This document shows, piece after piece, positions 10,228 through 22,294 of a stretch of DNA of 64,000 bases. The notes under the pieces were generated by a model that saw nothing but the letters and a program-made list of their open reading frames with translations, searched no databases and was not told the origin of the DNA. Source of the DNA: an uncultured candidate division Zixibacteria bacterium. Lineage in GTDB: Bacteria > Zixibacteria > MSB-5A5 > UBA10806. Each line of letters starts with the position of its first letter. Positions within the stretch are counted from its first letter, which is position 1. The stretch lies in assembly GCA_963801605.1 (NCBI GenBank), contig CAWDFP010000006.1, positions 1,632,001 to 1,696,000 on the forward strand. Direction: 5' to 3'. Made by a program: the position numbers and the translations under genes.

Positions 10228-11931
10228 ATGCGGGTGCTCCTGGCAATGAAATCTAAAAACAAGACTGGATTCCGGGTGAATAGTCTTACCCCGGTTTTTT
10301 TATGTAATCTCTTTATTTTACTTACAGCTATTTCCTCGGCTCAAACTACCCCATCGACTAATGCCAAGCCGGCTATTCCAGCGGGCCTGAATTTTGCATT
10401 TCCATCAACTCAGGCCGGAAACAAAACGCTGTTGGACGAAAAAATTAATCCCGATACCTATGTCCTGGGGCCCGGGGACGTCTTATCGATCTTTATATGG
10501 GGGGGCTTTCAAGGCCAATTTCAACTCACCGTCACTCCCGAGGGGATGCTGTTAGTCCCCGAAATCGGCCCAATCGATATCGCCAACCTGACGCTAACGG
10601 ACGCTCGCAAGAAGATTGCCGATAATCTTGCAATGAAATACCGCAATGTGGAATCAACGGTATCGTTGGTTGATCTGCGTGTATTTAAGGTATATGTGGG
10701 CGGAGCGGTTATAAATCCCGGCGCTTATCCGGCCACCGCGGTAACCAGGGTTTCCGAAGTCATTGGCTTAGCAGGCGGATTTTTCGAGGGTCCTGATGCC
10801 GAAGATAAAACCAAGATGCCATCATATCAATTTCTGTATACCTGGATAAAAGTTTCGTCAAAGCGCAATATCACGGTACATCGCAAAAACGGCGAATCAC
10901 AGACGGCGGATATTCTGCGGCTCGATCTGTCAGGTGACACGAAATTCAATCCTCTTCTTCGGGACGGCGACGAAATTTTCGTTCCGCTGAGAGAGTGGAG
11001 CATTAATCTCTATGGCGTTTTTGGAGCGGTCAAGAACCCCGGTTATTTCGAGTATTCGCAGAAAGATTCATTATCCGATTTGCTCAATCTTGGCCATGGA
11101 TTAACTCTGGACGCCGATTCCCAGGGCGTCGAAATTGTCAGATTCCGCCCGGATAATACCTCGACTTATAGCACCTTTGTCGATCTGAAATCCAGCAACT
11201 GGAATATGCCTCTCAAACCGGATGACAGGGTGTATGTAAAGCCTATCCAGGGTTTCCATGTAAAATATCAGGTGCAATTAATAGGGGAGTTTAAATACCC
11301 CGGATATTATGCCATCACTGAGGACACAACTACGCTTTCCGAGATAATTACCAAAGCCGGCGGGCTGACCGATCTGGCCTCGCTCGATGAAGCTGAAATG
11401 ACAAGGGTATCGGCAGAGGAGTTAGTTGATCCCGAATTCGAGCGTCTTAAAAAAATGAACGTAGCCGATATGTCCGAAAGCGAATACGAATATTTTAAGA
11501 TAAAATCGCGCGCCAAGATCGGCCGCGTGGCTGTCGATTTTAAGAGGCTTTTAGAACAGCACGATAAAAGCAAAGATATTTTGCTAAGAAACAACGATGT
11601 CATCAGTGTACCGCGAAAGCGAAGAGTCGTAACCGTTTCCGGTGAGGTGGCCAATCCCGGGTTCCTGACTTATGTTCCCGATAAAGATTATACCTATTAT
11701 ATAACCATGGCTGGAGGTTATTCGGATCGTGCTGGAAAGGGCAGTATATCCATTATAAAAGCCAGCGGTGAATGGAAAAGCCCCAAAAAGGGCAGGGGAT
11801 TAGATCCCGGCGATACGGTTTGGATTCCGGAAAAAAAGAAGCATAATTATATCGGAATAATAAAAGACGTTACGTTATTTATTGGAAATTTGGCAACGAT
11901 ATACCTTGTGATAAGGCAGGCGACAAATTGA
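10228..11931 (+). CDS. Polysaccharide export protein with SLBB repeats (Wza/KpsD-like)
   Basis: YVLGPGDVLSIFIWG Poly_export motif and repeated G.V.NPG/LAGG SLBB units. Confidence 0.9.
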   Translation: MRVLLAMKSKNKTGFRVNSLTPVFLCNLFILLTAISSAQTTPSTNAKPAIPAGLNFAFPSTQAGNKTLLDEKINPDTYVLGPGDVLSIFIWGGFQGQFQLTVTPEGMLLVPEIGPIDIANLTLTDARKKIADNLAMKYRNVESTVSLVDLRVFKVYVGGAVINPGAYPATAVTRVSEVIGLAGGFFEGPDAEDKTKMPSYQFLYTWIKVSSKRNITVHRKNGESQTADILRLDLSGDTKFNPLLRDGDEIFVPLREWSINLYGVFGAVKNPGYFEYSQKDSLSDLLNLGHGLTLDADSQGVEIVRFRPDNTSTYSTFVDLKSSNWNMPLKPDDRVYVKPIQGFHVKYQVQLIGEFKYPGYYAITEDTTTLSEIITKAGGLTDLASLDEAEMTRVSAEELVDPEFERLKKMNVADMSESEYEYFKIKSRAKIGRVAVDFKRLLEQHDKSKDILLRNNDVISVPRKRRVVTVSGEVANPGFLTYVPDKDYTYYITMAGGYSDRAGKGSISIIKASGEWKSPKKGRGLDPGDTVWIPEKKKHNYIGIIKDVTLFIGNLATIYLVIRQATN

Positions 11932-13187
11932 ACGCAAATACCGAAGAATCCACGCCCGATAAGAATTTTTTCTGGCTCTTAACGAGTTTTATTTTCAAAT
12001 GGCGCCGTCTTTTGCTTGTGAATACCCTTATTGCGGCGATTCTTACCCTGGCTATCATGCTCTTTATGCCCAATTGGTATACCGCAACTACCACAATTTT
12101 ACCTCCAGAAAAGGATAGCGGTTTGGGTCTGGGAGCGAGCCTGTTGCCATCCGGAATTGGTGCACTTCTGGGCGGAAGCGGCATGAGCTTGCCGGGACTG
12201 GCAACTCCCTCAGATCTATACGCGTCGATTGCCAGGAGCCGAATAGTATCGATCGCGGTGATTAAAAAATTCGACCTTGAAAAGGTATTTGAGAGCCGTT
12301 ATGAGGAAGAGGCGATTCGCGAACTGCAGAAACGGGCGACCATTGCAGTCGAACCTGAAGGAATTATATCGATCAGCTATGAAGACACAAATGCCAAACG
12401 CGCGGCGGCCGTTGCCAACAGCATCGTGGAAGAGCTGAATCGGGTCAATCAGGAAAATCTCAGTTCGAAAGCGCATGCTATGCGTGAATTTGTCGAGCAA
12501 CGGCTGTCTGAAACAATCCGCGATCTTAGTACCGCCGAGGAAGCCTATAAGAATTTCCAGGAGATTCATTTCGCGGTTTCGCTTGACGATCAGGTTAAGG
12601 CAATAATCAATGCCATCGCGGATTTGCGGGGCCAATTGGTAGTTACCGAAATCGAGTTTGGCGTCATGAAAAAATCGTTATCGCCATCCAATGCCCGCTA
12701 CCAGGAACAGGAATATAAAATCGAGCAGATTAAGGATCAGCTTTCCAAACTCGAAGCCGGAGATACAACTCAAACCGGATCATCATTTCTTAATATGCCG
12801 GTTAAAGATACTCCGCAGCTGGCGCTGCAATTAGCGCGGCTAACCCGCGATTTGAAAATTCAGGAAACGATTTTTGAGCTACTCAAGCAGCAATATGAGC
12901 AAGCCAAGATTCAGGAACTTAAGGATACGCCAACCATTCAGGTGCTCGACAAAGCCGAAGTTCCTAAAATCAAAAGCAAACCCAAAAGGACAACTATCGC
13001 GGCCATGGGCGGCCTGACCAGTTTCGTTTTTACATTGTTATTTGTATTGATGCTGGAATATGTTCGCAGGGAAAGAGCGAAAAATTCTTTAGTTTATCAA
13101 AAGATGCAAAATATCAACAAGATGCTTAATGATGATTATGATTGGATAAGAAATCTTTATTCTAGAAAGCGAAAAAATGTCAGTTAA
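11928..13187 (+). CDS. Wzz/GNVR polysaccharide co-polymerase
   Basis: Two TM helices flanking a coiled coil; YTATTTILPP; IQVLDKAEVP..KSKPKR. Confidence 0.88.
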   Translation: MNANTEESTPDKNFFWLLTSFIFKWRRLLLVNTLIAAILTLAIMLFMPNWYTATTTILPPEKDSGLGLGASLLPSGIGALLGGSGMSLPGLATPSDLYASIARSRIVSIAVIKKFDLEKVFESRYEEEAIRELQKRATIAVEPEGIISISYEDTNAKRAAAVANSIVEELNRVNQENLSSKAHAMREFVEQRLSETIRDLSTAEEAYKNFQEIHFAVSLDDQVKAIINAIADLRGQLVVTEIEFGVMKKSLSPSNARYQEQEYKIEQIKDQLSKLEAGDTTQTGSSFLNMPVKDTPQLALQLARLTRDLKIQETIFELLKQQYEQAKIQELKDTPTIQVLDKAEVPKIKSKPKRTTIAAMGGLTSFVFTLLFVLMLEYVRRERAKNSLVYQKMQNINKMLNDDYDWIRNLYSRKRKNVS

Positions 13188-14202
13188 AATTGGACAAATT
13201 GGAATTGGGGCCTGGGGGAAAAATCTTCTCCGGACATTCATCAGCCTGCCGGGCGTGACCGTCTCGATGGCCTGTGATACCGATGCCTCCCAACTCCCAA
13301 AACTTGGTGCGTCCTTTCCGGGCGTACAATTCACCACTGATCCCGATAAGATTCTAAACGATAGTTCATTGGATGCGGTTGTAATTGCCACGCCGCCCAC
13401 CAGCCATTTTGATCTTGCCAGCAAGGCCCTTGAAGGCGGTAAAGATGTATTTGTGGAAAAACCCCTGGTTCTGAATATCGATCATGGGCGAAAACTGGTC
13501 GAGCTTGCCGAACATCACAAGAAGATCCTGATGGTGGGGCATATCATGGAATATCATCCGGCCAGCCTGAAGCTTAAAGAATATGTCGATTCCGGCAAAT
13601 TGGGGAAGATTCACTATCTCTATTCCACCAGAGTAAATCTTGGCAAGGTGCGCGATATCGAAAACGCCCTGTGGAGTTTCGCGCCTCATGATATTTCCCT
13701 TATCGTCTTTTTGCTGGGCCAGATGCCCGTACGCGTAACGGCCACCGGCGCGGCGTATCTTCAAAAAAATATCGAAGATGTGTCGTTCATGACGATGCAT
13801 TTTGCGGATAAAACTATGGCTCATATCCATGTGAGCTGGCTCGATCCTCACAAAGAGCGCAAATTGACGCTGGTCGGCTCTAAAATGATGGCGGTTTTCG
13901 ATGATACCGAGAGCAATGAGAAGATCTGGCTCTATGATAAGGGAATCGAAACTAAACTCGATTACAATACCTACGGCGAGTATCTCAGCCTGAGGGCGGG
14001 CGACATCACTATTCCGAGAGTCGATTCCGCCGAACCGCTAAAGCTTGAATGTCAGCATTTCATAGACAGCATAAAAAACCGGACTCAGCCCCGTTCCGAT
14101 GGCAGAGACGGCTTGAAGGTACTAACAATTCTAAGCGCGGCGCAAATATCCATGGAACAGGGGGGAGCCCCGATGGATATTTTCCCCAATGCTTACAACT
14201 AA
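13177..14202 (+). CDS. Gfo/Idh/MocA oxidoreductase (WbpB/WlbA-like)
   Basis: IGIGAWGKN, VFVEKPL, HDIS; clustered with acetyltransferase and aminotransferase genes. Confidence 0.88.
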   Translation: MSVKIGQIGIGAWGKNLLRTFISLPGVTVSMACDTDASQLPKLGASFPGVQFTTDPDKILNDSSLDAVVIATPPTSHFDLASKALEGGKDVFVEKPLVLNIDHGRKLVELAEHHKKILMVGHIMEYHPASLKLKEYVDSGKLGKIHYLYSTRVNLGKVRDIENALWSFAPHDISLIVFLLGQMPVRVTATGAAYLQKNIEDVSFMTMHFADKTMAHIHVSWLDPHKERKLTLVGSKMMAVFDDTESNEKIWLYDKGIETKLDYNTYGEYLSLRAGDITIPRVDSAEPLKLECQHFIDSIKNRTQPRSDGRDGLKVLTILSAAQISMEQGGAPMDIFPNAYN

Positions 14203-14212
14203 AGAGGTTTTA

Positions 14213-14962
14213 ATGGAATATTTTTGTGATAAGTCGGCCAAAGTCGGCGCCAACACTACGATTGGTTACAATAGCTTCATTGGCAAAGATGTCAAGATCG
14301 GCGATGGCTGCAAGATTGGTGTGGGAGTTGTCATTCACGAAGGAACTACAGTCGGTTCCAACGTGCGTATTGATGATAACACTGTGCTGGGTAAATATCC
14401 TATGAAGGCCGCCAACTCCGCAACTACAAAGGATCAGGAACTGCCCGCCCTGGCAGTCGGCAATAATTGCATTATTGGCACATCGGTGGTGCTCTACCGC
14501 GGCCTTAAAATCGGGAATAAGGTTCTGATCGCCGATCTATCCTCGGTGCGCGAAAATGTTGAAGTTGGTGATTTCACCATTATCGGCAGGGGAGTGACGG
14601 TAGAAAATTTCTGCAAGATAGGTTCCTATTGTAAGCTGGAAACCAACGTCTATATCACCGCTTACTCCGAGGTTGAGGACCGCGTATTCGTGGCCCCCTG
14701 CGTGGCAACATCAAACGATAACTATGTGGGACGAACCGAAGAGCGCTTCAAGCATTTCAAAGGCGTGACTGTTAAGAAGGGCGCCAGGATCGGTGTGGGT
14801 TCGGTAATTTTGCCCGGTAAGGTTATTGGTGAGGATGCTCTAATCGCGGCCGGTTCTGTTCTTACCAAGGATGCGAAGCCCAGGAAGATTGTAGCCGGAG
14901 TGCCCGCCAAGGAATTCCGTGATGTACCGTCCGATCAGCTATTGGAAAATCAGGGTTGGTGA
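14213..14962 (+). CDS. Hexapeptide-repeat sugar N-acetyltransferase (WbpD/WlbB-like)
   Basis: Left-handed beta-helix repeats, VAGVPAK; RBS-like GAGG before ATG at 14213. Confidence 0.88.
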   Translation: MEYFCDKSAKVGANTTIGYNSFIGKDVKIGDGCKIGVGVVIHEGTTVGSNVRIDDNTVLGKYPMKAANSATTKDQELPALAVGNNCIIGTSVVLYRGLKIGNKVLIADLSSVRENVEVGDFTIIGRGVTVENFCKIGSYCKLETNVYITAYSEVEDRVFVAPCVATSNDNYVGRTEERFKHFKGVTVKKGARIGVGSVILPGKVIGEDALIAAGSVLTKDAKPRKIVAGVPAKEFRDVPSDQLLENQGW

Positions 14963-14973
14963 AAGGCGTAGTA

Positions 14974-16080
14974 ATGAAAGTACCACTGTTAGATTTAAAA
15001 AGACAATATGTCGCCATAAAAGGCGAAATAGATAACGCTATCCAGAAAGTTCTCGATCACGGCATGTTCGTAATGGGACCGGAGGTTAAAGAACTCGAAG
15101 AAAAATTGGCCAAATATTGCGGCGTCAAGCATGGCATCGGAGTTGCATCAGGCACCGACGCTCTTCTGATTTCGTTACGTGCGCTGGGTGTAGGCCCGGG
15201 TGATGAGGTTATCACTACGACTTTCACTTTTTTTGCCACGGCCGGTGTGATAAGCCGTCTGGGAGCCAAGCCGGTTTTCATCGATATCGATGAGAAGGAT
15301 TTTAATATTGATCCTGCCCTGATCGAAAAAGCGATCACTCCCCGCACCAAGGCCATCATGCCCGTACATCTTTATGGCCAGATTGCAGAGATGGACGAAA
15401 TTATGAAGATCGCCAATCGGCATAATCTTCCGGTAGTAGAGGATGCCGCTCAGGCTATCGGCGCTGAGTACAAAGGCAAAAGGGCCGGGCAGTTTGGAAC
15501 CACCTGCGGCTATTCCTTTTTCCCCAGCAAAAATCTCGGGGCTTATGGCGATGGCGGTTTTATCGTCACTAACGACGATAAGATAGCCGAACTAATCCGC
15601 AAGCTGCGTGTTCACGGGTCCAAGCCCAAATATTACCATTCGATTGTCGGCTACAACAGCCGGCTCGATACAATTCAGGCGGCGGCGCTGCTGGTAAAGC
15701 TAAATTACCTTCCCGATTGGCATGAAGCCCGCCGCGAGAAAGCCGCAAACTATAATCGGCTTCTAAGCGGAGTCAAGCAAGTTAAGACGCCCTTTGTGCA
15801 TGACTACAACTACCATATCTACCATCAGTACACGATCCTGGCGGAAAATCGGGATGGGCTTAAAGAACATCTGAAAGCCAAAGAGATAGGATTCGATACT
15901 TACTACCCGCTTCCTCTGCATTTACAGGAATGCTATCAAAATCTGAATTATAAAATCGGCGACCTGCCTGTTTCCGAGCGGTTGGCGAATCTGGCTATTT
16001 CTCTGCCGGTCTTTCCGGAGCTGACCAATGAGGAGCAGGAATATGTCACCGGCGCCATAAAGGAGTTTTACTGCAAGTAA
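14974..16080 (+). CDS. DegT/DnrJ/EryC1/StrS aminotransferase (WbpE-like)
   Basis: SGTDAL, PVHLYGQ, EDAAQA, SFFPSKNLGAYGDGG. Confidence 0.93.
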   Translation: MKVPLLDLKRQYVAIKGEIDNAIQKVLDHGMFVMGPEVKELEEKLAKYCGVKHGIGVASGTDALLISLRALGVGPGDEVITTTFTFFATAGVISRLGAKPVFIDIDEKDFNIDPALIEKAITPRTKAIMPVHLYGQIAEMDEIMKIANRHNLPVVEDAAQAIGAEYKGKRAGQFGTTCGYSFFPSKNLGAYGDGGFIVTNDDKIAELIRKLRVHGSKPKYYHSIVGYNSRLDTIQAAALLVKLNYLPDWHEARREKAANYNRLLSGVKQVKTPFVHDYNYHIYHQYTILAENRDGLKEHLKAKEIGFDTYYPLPLHLQECYQNLNYKIGDLPVSERLANLAISLPVFPELTNEEQEYVTGAIKEFYCK

Positions 16081-17129
16081 TGAAAAAAGCGGCGTTGGTT
16101 GTAGGAGCCAGGCCTCAATTTATAAAGACCGCCCCGCTGATTATTGAGCTGGGGCGGTTTTTCAACATGGTCCTGATCCATACCGGACAGCATTATGATT
16201 TTATCATGTCCGAGAAGTTTTTCGATGAACTTGCGATTCCTGCTCCTAATTATCATCTGGAGGCCTCAGGTAAAACGCCGGGCAAGCAGATCGGACGGAT
16301 GATTCAGGGGCTTGAAGCAGCTTTTAAATCGGAAAAACCCGATCTGGCAATTGTTGTTGGAGATACAAACTCCACACTTGCGGGGACTATTGCCGCAGTC
16401 AAATTTGGGCTTCCCCTGGCCCATGTTGAGGCCGGAGTCCGTTCTAAAAGCAAAACTCTGCCAGAACAGATCAATCGCCTGATCACCGATTCGGTCGCGG
16501 ATTATTTTCTCTGCCCGACTCCTCTGGCCGTCGAAAATTTAAAGCAAGAGGGAAAATCCGATCATCTATATGATACCGGCGACGTTATTTACGATTGTTT
16601 ACGGCTTTATGAAAATCGGATTCCAATTTCGCCAACGTCGCTCAGGAATTTGCCCGCAAAATTTATCCTGGCGACAATCCACCGTGCCGAAGCCGTAGAT
16701 AATAAGGAGAATCTTGCCAATATCCTGCAATCCTTCGATAGCGCTTCATGCCCGGTGGTATTTCCGGCTCATCCCAGGACCGTAAAGATGCTTCAGAAGT
16801 TCGATCTGATCAAATCCCTGCCGGGAAACCTGATCATGATCGACCCTCTGGGATATCTCGATATTCTATCGCTCGTCAAACGCTCCACGATGGTCGTAAC
16901 CGATTCCGGGGGAGTTCAGCGCGAGGCGATTTATCTGGGAAAACCGGTGATCGTGGCTCGTCCGGAGACTGAATGGGTCGAATTTGAAAAGCATGGCTGG
17001 CTTAAGGTGGCAGGGTATCGTTTCGATCTTACCGAAAAATTCGAAGCTCCGGTGGAGAAAAGCGCCGATATAGTACATCTTCTCAGGCCGGCCGCTGCCG
17101 GAATGGCGGCCATTCTCGGAGGGCTATAG
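16080..17129 (+). CDS. wecB: UDP-GlcNAc 2-epimerase, non-hydrolysing (WecB/WbpI-like)
   Basis: GARPQFIK, HTGQHYD, GDTNSTLAG, HVEAG, TDSGGVQREA. Confidence 0.92.
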   Translation: MKKAALVVGARPQFIKTAPLIIELGRFFNMVLIHTGQHYDFIMSEKFFDELAIPAPNYHLEASGKTPGKQIGRMIQGLEAAFKSEKPDLAIVVGDTNSTLAGTIAAVKFGLPLAHVEAGVRSKSKTLPEQINRLITDSVADYFLCPTPLAVENLKQEGKSDHLYDTGDVIYDCLRLYENRIPISPTSLRNLPAKFILATIHRAEAVDNKENLANILQSFDSASCPVVFPAHPRTVKMLQKFDLIKSLPGNLIMIDPLGYLDILSLVKRSTMVVTDSGGVQREAIYLGKPVIVARPETEWVEFEKHGWLKVAGYRFDLTEKFEAPVEKSADIVHLLRPAAAGMAAILGGL

Positions 17130-17318
17130 AAATTACGGCGGCATGATTTTTTGATAGTTCGATAGGTTTTACTTTTTATTTGCTTTCGCCTATAACGGAA
17201 AGCAATATTAGGCAAGTTAGATTACTGACGGGATGTTATAATTGGGTAATAAATTATCTATCCTGCTGATTTGGTAAGAAAAACAATATGGCAGAGGCCA
17301 TTAAATTAGAAATGTACG

Positions 17319-18152
17319 ATGGAAAAAATAGTTAACGCCTTTTCAGTCGATTTCGAGGATTGGTATCAGGGTCTCGAAATTCATAAAATAGATACCTGGC
17401 ATAAGTTTGAATCGCGTATCGAACGGAACTGCCTGAAGATTCTCGATATCCTCAAAGCTCATGATACCAGAGCCACTTTCTTCGTTCTGGGGTATCTGGC
17501 GGATAAACATCCCAATCTTATAAAAATGATTCACGAGTTGGGGCATGAGGTCGGTTCGCATGGCTACTCGCATACCCAGGTGTTCAGACTTACGCCGGAG
17601 CAGTTCGAGAGCGAAATATCGCGTACCAACGAGGCTGTATATAAGGCTATTGGCAAAAAGCCGATAGGATTCCGGGCGCCGATATTTTCGATAATTAAAG
17701 AATCGTTTTGGGCTTTCGATGTTTTAGCTCGGAACGGAATCCGTTACGATTCCAGTATTTATCCCACGCTCAATTACCGTTATGGAGTGGTCAAAGCCAA
17801 CCGGTTCAGGCATGAAGTCAGCACTGATTCCCGCCATAAAATCGTAGAGTTGCCGGTAGCAACCGCCAGATTTATGAATATGAATTTACCCGTTGGTGGA
17901 GGAGCATATTTCCGCGTCTGGCCTTATGGAGTCACGAGGTGGGCATTCCGTCAGCTAAACAATCAGGGGAGGCCTGGCGTATTTTATATGCACCCCTGGG
18001 AAGTTGATCCCGGACAACCTAAAATTGAGCTACCCGCCAGGTTATCGCTAACACATTATCACAGGCTATCATCGACAGAAAATAAATTGCACAAGCTTCT
18101 GAGTGATTTCAAGTTTTCCTCCATGTCGGATGTTTTTGAAATGGGTTATTAA
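17319..18152 (+). CDS. Polysaccharide deacetylase (DUF3473 type)
   Basis: SVDFEDWY, ATFFVLG, HEVGSHGYSH, GFRAP, PVGGGAYFR, YMHPWEVDP. Confidence 0.92.
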   Translation: MEKIVNAFSVDFEDWYQGLEIHKIDTWHKFESRIERNCLKILDILKAHDTRATFFVLGYLADKHPNLIKMIHELGHEVGSHGYSHTQVFRLTPEQFESEISRTNEAVYKAIGKKPIGFRAPIFSIIKESFWAFDVLARNGIRYDSSIYPTLNYRYGVVKANRFRHEVSTDSRHKIVELPVATARFMNMNLPVGGGAYFRVWPYGVTRWAFRQLNNQGRPGVFYMHPWEVDPGQPKIELPARLSLTHYHRLSSTENKLHKLLSDFKFSSMSDVFEMGY

Positions 18153-18158
18153 AAAATA

Positions 18159-18717
18159 ATGGATAGGCTGATATTCCCCGCCGTGTTTCTCGATCGCGAT
18201 GGCGTTATAATAAAAGAGAAAAATTTTCAGAGCGATCCCGTAACAATCGAATTTATCCCGGGCGCCATCGAGGCTTTATTCAGTATCAACGATTTGCAGA
18301 AAGTTGTTATTTCGAATCAATCGGGTGTGGCACGCGGCTATTTTACGGAGGACGATGTTATCAGATTCCATGCAGCGCTTGGATAAATTGCTAAAAGACC
18401 GGGGTGTAAAGATAAATGCCTGGTATTACTGTCCGCATGGTCCCGACGATGAGTGCTCCTGCAGAAAACCAAGGCCGGGCATGATTTTAAAAGCGGCGCA
18501 GGATTTACCAATCGATCTTGAAACAAGCTGGATGGTTGGAGATAAATCATCGGATATCGCGACCGGCAATGCCGCCGGACTTAACACCATTCTTGTCCGT
18601 ACCGGTTATGCCGGGAAAGAACCAGGCGCCAAAAATGTCAGACCGGATTATGTCGCGGATGATCTTTTGGCTGCAGTCGATATCATAAAAAAAGGGACGG
18701 CTGGATTGGGTCGATAG
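18159..18717 (+). CDS. gmhB: D-glycero-D-manno-heptose 1,7-bisphosphate phosphatase (frameshift near 18380)
   Basis: FLDRDGVI and SNQSGVARG in the first frame; CPH..C.CRKPRPGM and MVGDK..DI in the second. Confidence 0.88.
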
Positions 18718-18744
18718 CATTCGCTGCGGCCGAATTCACAGGGT

Positions 18745-21016
18745 TTGCTTGTGATGAGTCACTGTTATATCGGTTCCTTTCTGGCGCCATTTTTCCTGGC
18801 CCTGTTACTTATACCCCTCATAAAACCTCTGGCCATAAAAAGCGGATTCGTTCAAAGACCATCGGGTTCTCAGACAAGCCTCTATACAATTCCTCTGGGC
18901 GGCGGCCTTACCATATTCCTGGGACTTATTTTTGTGGTCATCGGAGTTACATCTCTGGCGACCTTCAGCGATCTCAGATCCATCAGCGGCTTGATGGCCG
19001 GAGCCATCCTCGTTTTTCTTATAGGTATTTACGATGATACTTACAAGATGGGAATTTGGGCCAAAATGCTTGGTCAGATTCTCTCCGCGATAATATTTCT
19101 TTCTTTTCTGGAAAGAGTTCCTCCCGTAATGTCGCTTCCCGCGTACTTTATTTTTGGGACAGTCTGGATAGTCGGCCTTCAAAACGCTTTTGACTTTCTC
19201 GATAATATGGACGGCCTTTGCGCCGGGGTTTCGCTCTCGATTGCCATCGGCCTTGGCGCTCTGTTTGTGCTTCGTGATATGCCCCTGTTCGCTGTCATAA
19301 GTTTCGCCCTGGCCGGCGGCGCGCTGGGATTTCTGAGGTTTAATTTTCCGCCGGCGGGGATTTATCTGGGTAGTACCGGCAGCCTGCTTTTCGGATACGC
19401 GCTTTCCTGTTTGGCAGTTGTACATCTGACAAGCTCCCGAAGTATGTCCAGCGCTTTAGCACCGCTATTGATAATGGCCTATCCTATTTTCGATTTAACT
19501 TTTGTTACTGTCAGTCGCCTCAACGATGGCCGTAAAGTATACATGGGGGGCAAGGATCATTCCTCCCATAAGATCAGTTTTCTGGGCTTGACGAGAAAGG
19601 CTACGGTATTCGCGATACTATCCGTCAATCTGTTATTGGTGGCTCTGGGAATCATTTTGTTTTTCATAGCTGAATCTCCATACCAAACCCTCATAATCGT
19701 AGCGCTGGCACTAATCCTGGCCTTCCTGGGCACGCATCTCTATAGAAATATTCTTTATCTACGTCAAAAGATCGCGTTTATTCTAATCGATATTGTCGCG
19801 ATAAATATGGCGTTTATCGTTTATCTGTTCGTCAAATATCCACAGGGACCGTTTTGGGCGTTTGTAGTTCCCAAGGACCTGATGATTTTGCTTGCCTGGA
19901 TTAATGTATTTTGGATTATGGTTTATTCCACCGGCGGTATATATGATCTTCCGAGAGAATTAAAATTTGGAAGCCATATCAAAGCCTTATTACGATTGGT
20001 TTTTGCAGGTTCATTAATCTTTGCCCTGGCCACATATCGCAGCGGAGACGGATTCCAGGTATCGTTAGCGTCATTAGGGCTATATGCGCTGATACTTGTC
20101 GGCTGCAATGTTATCTTCCGGTTAGGCTTATACACATATTTAGGAGTGCGGCAGAATCGATCCGTGAACAGGTTGGAGGCCGTGATCGTTAAGTTTCATC
20201 CGGGAGAAATCTGTTCGGCTATCAAGGAATTTTACAATCAATATTATCGAGTCAAAGGGTATGTTGGAGATCCGCCTGCCTCTTTCGAGGGATTTTTGGG
20301 CGATCGCGATAAACTTGGCGAAATCCTTCGAGAAAACCATCTGGCCCGGATAATTCTTGACGTTCCTGAGGATAATTATGAAAACCTCACGCCCATATTT
20401 AATTCAGCCTTTTATATGGAAACCCGTTACCTTACCAAAGACCCCGAATACGACAACTTAAAAGGATTGCATAAATATCCTACCCTTCATAAGGGAGTTT
20501 ATCTGATTTCTAACAGCCAGAAAAAAATATTTACAAGGCTAACCAAACGGATTTTCGATTTCTTTGTATCGGGGACGCTGCTGGTACTTTGTTCTCCTTA
20601 TATGCTGATAACAATTTGGCGCGCTTATAGCGGTAAATTTGATAAAATCCGGAAAGTGACGCTAGTGACCAGAACTGGAATCGAGAAAAAGGACTGGTGT
20701 CTCACCGATAAAGACGGCAAATACAGTTTCAGAAATCCCTGGGGTTTAATTGCCGTATTTAAGGGGGATTTGAGCCTGGTGGGAGCGACAATTACGGTTA
20801 AAGGCAATACCGGCGAGGATCGAATCGAAAAATTGCCGGGCCAATGGCGTAAATTTTTGGCTAAACCGGGCATTTGGGGTCCGGGATATTATGGCAGGAG
20901 CACTAAGGAACGCTTTGATTTAGATTTAAAGTACATAGAGAAAGCATCGCTTTTGCGCGATTTGGGTGTTATATTTAGACAAATGGTCAGATCCTCAAGT
21001 ATAAAGGTGGATAAAG

Positions 21017-21024
<8 letters not shown>
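18745..21024 (+). CDS. WecA/MraY (GT4) domain fused to a degenerate WbaP/WcaJ-type sugar transferase
   Basis: IGIYDD, NAFDFLDNMDGL and FNFPPA in the N-terminal half; KRIFDF, KGDLSLVG, KPGIWG and DLKYI in the C-terminal half. Confidence 0.8.
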
Positions 21025-22292
<1,268 letters not shown>

Positions 22293-22294
22293 AT

